DNA of 64,000 nt from Eledone cirrhosa (taxonomy: Eukaryota), in contig OZ024745.1 of assembly GCA_964016885.1 (NCBI GenBank), forward strand, positions 78,306,001 through 78,370,000. The letters are read 5' to 3'. This document shows, piece by piece, positions 53,070 to 64,000 of the stretch (its first letter is position 1; each line of letters starts with the position of its first letter). The translations under genes and the position numbers were made by a program. The notes under the pieces were generated by a model. That model saw only the letters and a program-made list of their open reading frames with translations. It made no database searches and was not told the origin of the DNA.

Positions 53070-53078
53070 ATACATATA

Positions 53079-53110
<32 letters not shown>

Positions 53111-53701
53111 TGTGTGTGTCTGTACACATACACACACACACACATTTATATATGTGTGTAGAGACAGAGGGAGTTGGTAGAAGGGGGTAGAGAGAGAGAA
53201 AGAGAGAGAGAGAGAGAGCGATCATTAAATTACATGAATACACCAAATTCCATAATTGAAGGATCAATATTTATTACATAACTTACACGAGTTACGTTAA
53301 TACGTAAACGATTACATCTATAATCGCTAATTCAATGTAGATATCGGGATGACTTCAAATAACATAAGTTCCCATATCAAATTATCAAAGCAGAATAAAG
53401 GAAAGATAATATATATATAGAGAGAAGGCGTGCCGTCAAGAAAGACATAGGTTGTATGAAGTCATAGAATGTATAGAAATATAAAGAAATATATTGAAAC
53501 GTATAAAGAAATGGAAATATATAAATTAATTTTTAAGCAAATGCCAACAATAAGCATTAACATTGTTAATAATATTATCATTATTATTTATTTTCTATAG
53601 GGCAGGTCTGCTTGAGTTCAACAGGAGTGGCAGTTGATTTGTTGAATACAGGATAGCTAGATGACCAGTGGTCTTCGATTTCATGTTATACAAATTCACT
53701 A

Positions 53702-53765
<64 letters not shown>

Positions 53766-53845
53766 CGAAGGAAATGTGGTAAGGAACCAGGTGGACCATA
53801 ACGCACCAAAGTACTCAATACTTAGGGTAGTAGAGTGGCTAATAG

Positions 53846-53948
53846 GAACCAGTAAGACCCCGACGGCTGAGCTCAAGCCGTTTCGACGGCTAATTCATGA
53901 GAATTAGCCGTCAAATCGGCTTGAGCTCAGGCGTCGGGGTCTTACTGG

Positions 53949-53951
<3 letters not shown>
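53846..53951. repeat. 106-bp GC-rich palindrome
   Basis: gaaccagtaagaccccgacg ... cgtcggggtcttactggttc. Confidence 0.9.
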
Positions 53952-56735
<2,784 letters not shown>

Positions 56736-57436
56736 AACTTTCTCACGTTGAGATGTGGTCGTAGTATATGAAAGCCGTAAATCACCAAACTAGACTTTTT
56801 TCATATTTATCTAGATTTTACATCAAATCTTATTTGGTAAAATATTTGGTTCAGGAATGTTCTTAGGGAATGTTAAACTTGAAGAAGGAAAGGAAAAGAA
56901 GAGAGAAAACACATTAAAAGTGTACGGTGTGTGTCGAGGCTTCAAATTATTGGTGCGAGATCAATTTTACTGACCTCAGCTAAACAACGACCTATAAGTT
57001 TATCTACTATATATTTTAGTCACATGAGAAGTTATACACACGTGTTGTGACATCTCAGATGTTTATACTGTCAGCGGAAGTTTTATTCTACACATCCTCA
57101 ATATCACACTATATTTAATCCCCCCCCCCCTTCTCTCTCTCTCACACACACACAGACTCTCTCTTTCCCCCTCACTCACTGGGTCATGAAATCTTATAGA
57201 TTTATGTTTATGTTTATTTAATACATTTCTGGATGAAACGATGTTTACTAACCCTGTAGTTTGTGTTTATCTCATCAAGCTGAAACCAGAAGTTCATCCA
57301 CACACTATGCGCAATATGTGCATATATTTTGCGGTGTAAAGACGATGATTGTTGTTTAGTCTGTTTAGTTCATTTGTTGGATGGTAATATGAGCTGAGAA
57401 GTTGATCTTGTCGAAGTAGTTGAATGAGGGAGTAGC

Positions 57437-60400
57437 TTGTTGGTGAGTAAATGAAGTATATCTCAACCTGTCGAGAGAAGTTTTGTTGGTGAGTAAATGA
57501 AGTATATCTCAACCAGTCGAGAGAAGTTTTGTTGATGAGTAAATGAAGTATATCTCAACCAGTCGAGAGAGGTTTTGTTGGTGAGTAAATGAAGTATATC
57601 TCAACCTGTCGAGAGAAGTTTTGTTGGTGAGTAAATGAAGTATATCTCAACCTGTCGAGAGAAGTTTTGTTGGTGAGTAAATGAAGTATATCTCAACCAG
57701 TCGAGAGAAGTTTTGTTGATGAGTAAATGAAGTATATCTCAACCTGTCGAGAGAAGTTTTGTTGGTGAGTAAATGAAGTATATCTCAACCTGTCGAGAGA
57801 AGTTTTGTTGGTGAGTAAATGAAGTATATCTCAACCAGTCGAGAGAAGTTTTGTTGATGAGTAAATGAAGTATATCTCAACCTGTCGAGAGAAGTTTTGT
57901 TGGTGAGTAAATGAAGTATATCTCAACCAGTCGAGAGAAGTTTTGTTGATGAGTAAATGAAGTATATCTCAACCTGTCGAGAGAAGTTTTGTTGGTGAGT
58001 AAATGAAGTATATCTCAACCAGTCGAGAGAAGTTTTGTTGATGAGTAAATGAAGTATATCTCAACCAGTCGAGAGAAGTTTTGTTGGTGAGTAAATGAAG
58101 TATATCTCAACCAGTCGAGAGAAGTTTTGTTGATGAGTAAATGAAGTATATCTCAACCTGTCGAGAGAAGTTTTGTTGGTGAGTAAATGAAGTATATCTC
58201 AACCAGTCGAGAGAAGTTTTGTTGATGAGTAAATGAAGTATATCTCAACCAGTCGAGAGAAGTTTTGTTGGTGAGTAAATGAAGTATATCTCAACCAGTC
58301 GAGAGAAGTTTTGTTGGTGAGTAAATGAAGTATATCTCAACCAGTCGAGAGAGGTTTTGTTGGTGAGTAAATGAAGTATATCTCAACCAGTCGAGAGAGG
58401 TTTTGTTGGTGAGTAAATGAAGTATATCTCAACCAGTCGAGAGAGGTTTTGTTGGTGAGTAAATGAAGTATATCTCAACCAGTCGAGAGAAGTTTTGTTG
58501 GTGAGTAAATGAAGTATATCTCAACCAGTCGAGAGAGGTTTTGTTGGTGAGTAAATGAAGTATATCTCAACCAGTCGAGAGAAGTTTTGTTGGTGAGTAA
58601 ATGAAGTATATCTCAACCAGTCGAGAGAGGTTTTGTTGGTGAGTAAATGAAGTATGTCTCAACCAGTCGAGGGAAGTTTTGTTGGTTAGTAAATGAAGTA
58701 TGTCTCAACCAGTCGAGAGAAGTTTTGTTGGTGAGTAAATGAAGTATATCTCAACCAGTCGAGAGAAGTTTTGTTGGTGAGTAAATGAAGTATATCTCAA
58801 CCAGTCGAGAGAGGTTTTGTTGGTGAGTAAATGAAGTATATCTCAACCAGTCGAGAGAAGTATTGTTGGTGAGTAAATGAAGTATGTCTCAATCAGTCTA
58901 GAGAAGTTTTGTTGGTGAGTAAATGAAGTATATCTCAACCAGTCGAGAGAAGTTTTGTTGGTGAGTAAATGAAGTATATCTCAACCAGTCGAGAGAAGTA
59001 TTGTTGGTGAGTAAATGAAGTATATCTCAACCAGTCGAGAGAAGTTTTGTTGGTGAGTAAATGAAGTATATCTCAACCAGTCGAGAGAAGTTTTGTTGGT
59101 GAGTAAATGAAGTATGTCTCAATCAGTCTAGAGAAGTTTTGTTGGTGAGTAAATGAAGTATATCTCAACCAGTTGAGAGAAGTTTTGTTGGTGAGTAAAT
59201 GTAGTATATCTCAACCAGTCGAGAGAGGTTTTGTTGGTGAGTAAATGAAGTATATCTCAACCAGTCGAGGGAAGTTTTGTTGGTTAGTAAATGAAGTATG
59301 TCTCAACCAGTCGAGAGAAGTTTTGTTGGTGAGTAAATGAAGTATGTCTCAATCAGTCTAGAGAAGTTTTGTTGGTGAGTAAATGAAGTATATCTCAACC
59401 AGTCGAGAGAAGTTTTGTTGGTGAGTAAATGAAGTATGTCTCAACCAGTCGAGAGAAGTTTTGTTGGTGAGTAAATGAAGTATGTCTCAACCAGTCGAGA
59501 GAAGTTTTGTTGGTGAGTAAATGAAGTATATCTCAACCAGTCGAGAGAAGTTTTGTTGGTGAGTAAATGAAGTATATCTCAATCAGTCTATAGAAGTTTT
59601 GTTGGTGAGTAAATGAAGTATGTCTCAATCAGTCTAGAGAAGTTTTGTTGGTGAGTAAATGAAGTATATCTCAACCAGTCGAGAGAGGTTTTGTTGGTGA
59701 GTAAATGAAGTATATCTCAACTAGTCGAGAGAAGTTTTGTTGGTGAGTAAATGAAGTATGTCTCAATCAGTCTAGAGAAGTTTTGTTGGTGAGTAAATGA
59801 AGTATATCTCAACCAGTCGAGAGAAGTTTTGTTGGTGAGTAAATGAAGTATGTCTCAACCAGTCGAGAGAAGTTTTGTTGGTGAGTAAATGAAGTATGTC
59901 TCCATCATTCTAGAGAAGTTTTGTTGGTGAGTAAATGAAGTATATCTCAACCAGTCGAGAGAAGTTTTGTTGGTGAGTAAATGAAGTATGTCTCAACCAG
60001 TCGAGAGAAGTTTTGTTGGTGAGTAAATGAAGTATGTCTCCATCATTCTAGAGAAGTTTTGTTGGTGAGTAAATGAAGTATATCTCAACCAGTCGAGAGA
60101 AGTTTTGTTGGTGAGTAAATGAAGTATGTCTCAACCAGTCGAGAGAAGTTTTGTTGGTGAGTAAATGAAGTATGTCTCAACCAGTCGAGAGAAGTTTTGT
60201 TGGTGAGTAAATGAAGTATATCTCAACCAGTCGAGAGAGGTTTTGTTGGTGAGTAAATGAAGTATATCTCAACCAGTCGAGGGAAGTTTTGTTGGTGAGT
60301 AAATGAAGTATATCTCAACCAGTCGAGAGAGGTTTTGTTGGTGAGTAAATGTAGTAAATCTCAACCAGTCGAGAGAAGTTTTGTTGGTGAGTAAATGAAG

Positions 60401-63400
60401 TATATCTCAACCAGTCGAGAGAAGTTTTGTTGGTGAGTAAATGTAGTATATCTCAACCAGTCGAGAGAAGTTTTGTTGGTGAGTAAATGAAGTATATCTC
60501 AACCAGTCGAGAGAGGTTTTGTTGGTGAGTAAATGTAGTATATCTCAACCAGTCGAGAGAAGTTTTGTTGGTGAGTAAATGAAGTATATCTCAACCAGTC
60601 GAGAGAAGTTTTGTTGGTGAGTAAATGTAGTATATCTCAACCAGTCGAGAGAAGTTTTGTTGGTGAGTAAATGAAGTATATCTCAACCAGTCGAGAGAAG
60701 TTTTGTTGGTGAGTAAATGTAGTATATCTCAACCAGTCGAGAGAAGTTTTGTTGGTGAGTAAATGAAGTATATCTCAACCAGTCGAGAGAAGTTTTGTTG
60801 GTGAGTAAATGAAGTATATCTCAACCAGTCGAGAGAAGTTTTGTTGGTGAGTAAATGTAGTATATCTCAACCAGTCGAGAGAAGTTTTGTTGGTGAGTAA
60901 ATGAAGTATATCTCAACCAGTCGAGAGAAGTTTTGTTGGTGAGTAAATGAAGTATATCTCAACCAGTCGAGAGAAGTTTTGTTGGTGAGTAAATGAAGTA
61001 TATCTCAACCAGTCGAGGGAAGTTTTGTTGGTGAGTAAATGAAGTATATCTCAACCAGTCGAGGGAAGTTTTGTTGGTGAGTAAATGAAGTATGTCTCAA
61101 CCAGTCGAGAGAAGTTTTGTTGGTGAGTAAATGAAGTATATCTCAACCAGTCGAGAGAGGTTTTGTTGGTGAGTAAATGAAGTATATCTCAACCAGTCGA
61201 GAGAAGTTTTGTTGGTGAGTAAATGAAGTATGTCTCAATCAGTCTAGAGAAGTTTTGTTGGTGAGTAAATGAAGTATATCTCAACCAGTCGAGAGAAGTT
61301 TTGTTGGTGAGTAAATGAAGTATGTCTCAACCAGTCGAGAGAAGTTTTGTTGGTGAGTAAATGAAGTATGTCTCCATCATTCTAGAGAAGTTTTGTTGGT
61401 GAGTAAATGAAGTATATCTCAATCAGTCTATAGAAGTTTTGTTGGTGAGTAAATGAAGTATGTCTCAATCAGTCTAGAGAAGTTTTGTTGGTGAGTAAAT
61501 GAAGTATATCTCAACCAGTCGAGAGAGGTTTTGTTGGTGAGTAAATGAAGTATATCTCAACTAGTCGAGAGAAGTTTTGTTGGTGAGTAAATGAAGTATG
61601 TCTCAATCATTCTAGAGAAGTTTTGTTGGTGAGTAAATGAAGTATATCTCAATCAGTCTATAGAAGTTTTGTTGGTGAGTAAATGAAGTATGTCTCAATC
61701 AGTCTAGAGAAGTTTTGTTGGTGAGTAAATGAAGTATATCTCAACCAGTCGAGAGAGGTTTTGTTGGTGAGTAAATGAAGTATATCTCAACTAGTCGAGA
61801 GAGGTTTTGTTGGTGAGTAAATGAAGTATATCTCAACCAGTCGAGAGAAGTATTGTTGGTGAGTAAATGAAGTATGTCTCAATCAGTCTAGAGAAGTTTT
61901 GTTGGTGAGTAAATGAAGTATATCTCAACCAGTCGAGAGAAGTTTTGTTGGTGAGTAAATGAAGTATATCTCAACCAGTCGAGAGAAGTATTGTTGGTGA
62001 GTAAATGAAGTATATCTCAACCAGTCGAGAGAAGTTTTGTTGGTGAGTAAATGAAGTATATCTCAACCAGTCGAGAGAAGTTTTGTTGGTGAGTAAATGA
62101 AGTATGTCTCAATCAGTCTAGAGAAGTTTTGTTGGTGAGTAAATGAAGTATATCTCAACCAGTTGAGAGAAGTTTTGTTGGTGAGTAAATGTAGTATATC
62201 TCAACCAGTCGAGAGAGGTTTTGTTGGTGAGTAAATGAAGTATATCTCAACCAGTCGAGGGAAGTTTTGTTGGTTAGTAAATGAAGTATGTCTCAACCAG
62301 TCGAGAGAAGTTTTGTTGGTGAGTAAATGAAGTATGTCTCAATCAGTCTAGAGAAGTTTTGTTGGTGAGTAAATGAAGTATATCTCAACCAGTCGAGAGA
62401 AGTTTTGTTGGTGAGTAAATGAAGTATGTCTCAACCAGTCGAGAGAAGTTTTGTTGGTGAGTAAATGAAGTATGTCTCAACCAGTCGAGAGAAGTTTTGT
62501 TGGTGAGTAAATGAAGTATATCTCAACCAGTCGAGAGAAGTTTTGTTGGTGAGTAAATGAAGTATATCTCAATCAGTCTATAGAAGTTTTGTTGGTGAGT
62601 AAATGAAGTATGTCTCAATCAGTCTAGAGAAGTTTTGTTGGTGAGTAAATGAAGTATATCTCAACCAGTCGAGAGAGGTTTTGTTGGTGAGTAAATGAAG
62701 TATATCTCAACTAGTCGAGAGAAGTTTTGTTGGTGAGTAAATGAAGTATGTCTCAATCAGTCTAGAGAAGTTTTGTTGGTGAGTAAATGAAGTATATCTC
62801 AACCAGTCGAGAGAAGTTTTGTTGGTGAGTAAATGAAGTATGTCTCAACCAGTCGAGAGAAGTTTTGTTGGTGAGTAAATGAAGTATGTCTCCATCATTC
62901 TAGAGAAGTTTTGTTGGTGAGTAAATGAAGTATATCTCAACCAGTCGAGAGAAGTTTTGTTGGTGAGTAAATGAAGTATGTCTCAACCAGTCGAGAGAAG
63001 TTTTGTTGGTGAGTAAATGAAGTATGTCTCCATCATTCTAGAGAAGTTTTGTTGGTGAGTAAATGAAGTATATCTCAACCAGTCGAGAGAAGTTTTGTTG
63101 GTGAGTAAATGAAGTATGTCTCAACCAGTCGAGAGAAGTTTTGTTGGTGAGTAAATGAAGTATGTCTCAACCAGTCGAGAGAAGTTTTGTTGGTGAGTAA
63201 ATGAAGTATATCTCAACCAGTCGAGAGAGGTTTTGTTGGTGAGTAAATGAAGTATATCTCAACCAGTCGAGGGAAGTTTTGTTGGTGAGTAAATGAAGTA
63301 TATCTCAACCAGTCGAGAGAGGTTTTGTTGGTGAGTAAATGTAGTAAATCTCAACCAGTCGAGAGAAGTTTTGTTGGTGAGTAAATGAAGTATATCTCAA

Positions 63401-64000
63401 CCAGTCGAGAGAAGTTTTGTTGGTGAGTAAATGTAGTATATCTCAACCAGTCGAGAGAAGTTTTGTTGGTGAGTAAATGAAGTATATCTCAACCAGTCGA
63501 GAGAGGTTTTGTTGGTGAGTAAATGTAGTATATCTCAACCAGTCGAGAGAAGTTTTGTTGGTGAGTAAATGAAGTATATCTCAACCAGTCGAGAGAAGTT
63601 TTGTTGGTGAGTAAATGTAGTATATCTCAACCAGTCGAGAGAAGTTTTGTTGGTGAGTAAATGAAGTATATCTCAACCAGTCGAGAGAAGTTTTGTTGGT
63701 GAGTAAATGTAGTATATCTCAACCAGTCGAGAGAAGTTTTGTTGGTGAGTAAATGAAGTATATCTCAACCAGTCGAGAGAAGTTTTGTTGGTGAGTAAAT
63801 GAAGTATATCTCAACCAGTCGAGAGAAGTTTTGTTGGTGAGTAAATGTAGTATATCTCAACCAGTCGAGAGAAGTTTTGTTGGTGAGTAAATGAAGTATA
63901 TCTCAACCAGTCGAGAGAAGTTTTGTTGGTGAGTAAATGAAGTATATCTCAACCAGTCGAGAGAAGTTTTGTTGGTGAGTAAATGAAGTATATCTCAACC
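57437..64000. repeat. 46-bp satellite array, about 142 units, running off the window end
   Basis: Unit TTTTGTTGGTGAGTAAATGAAGTATATCTCAACCAGTCGAGAGAAG; period 46 confirmed (57481 to 57527). Confidence 0.98.

Noticed and set aside
53876-53910. Hammerhead in the 53.9-kb palindrome (minus strand CTCATGA...GAAAC)
   Set aside because: Core mismatch and no stem II between the two boxes
57437-64000. CRISPR array
   Set aside because: Contiguous near-identical units with no unique spacers, no cas genes, and a eukaryotic context

Overview
AT-rich, repeat-dense eukaryotic DNA. The SINE families, very long (TA)n/(CA)n tracts and intron sizes suggest a coleoid cephalopod (Octopus-like) genome; this is an inference. 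The only confident host gene is the 3' end of a + strand multiplexin (collagen XV/XVIII-like) gene: a hinge exon at 21574-21648, three exons encoding the endostatin domain (22473-24194), and probable upstream exons at 1-12 and 8708-8731. Just downstream (28026-29748) is a candidate degraded multi-exon gene for a small secreted EGF-like protein that the ORF track misses. The rest is about 20 copies of a young tRNA-derived SINE, other SINEs, LINE fragments (RTE, CRE, R4/Dong, Tx1, CR1), a hAT transposase remnant, a MITE with a 6-bp TSD, two Penelope-type hammerhead ribozyme remnants, many fold-back palindromes, and a 46-bp satellite (57437 to the window end) with a 2990-bp higher-order duplication. 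Most ORFs in the supplied track are microsatellite artefacts. All family assignments come from motif recognition by eye, not from database searches.
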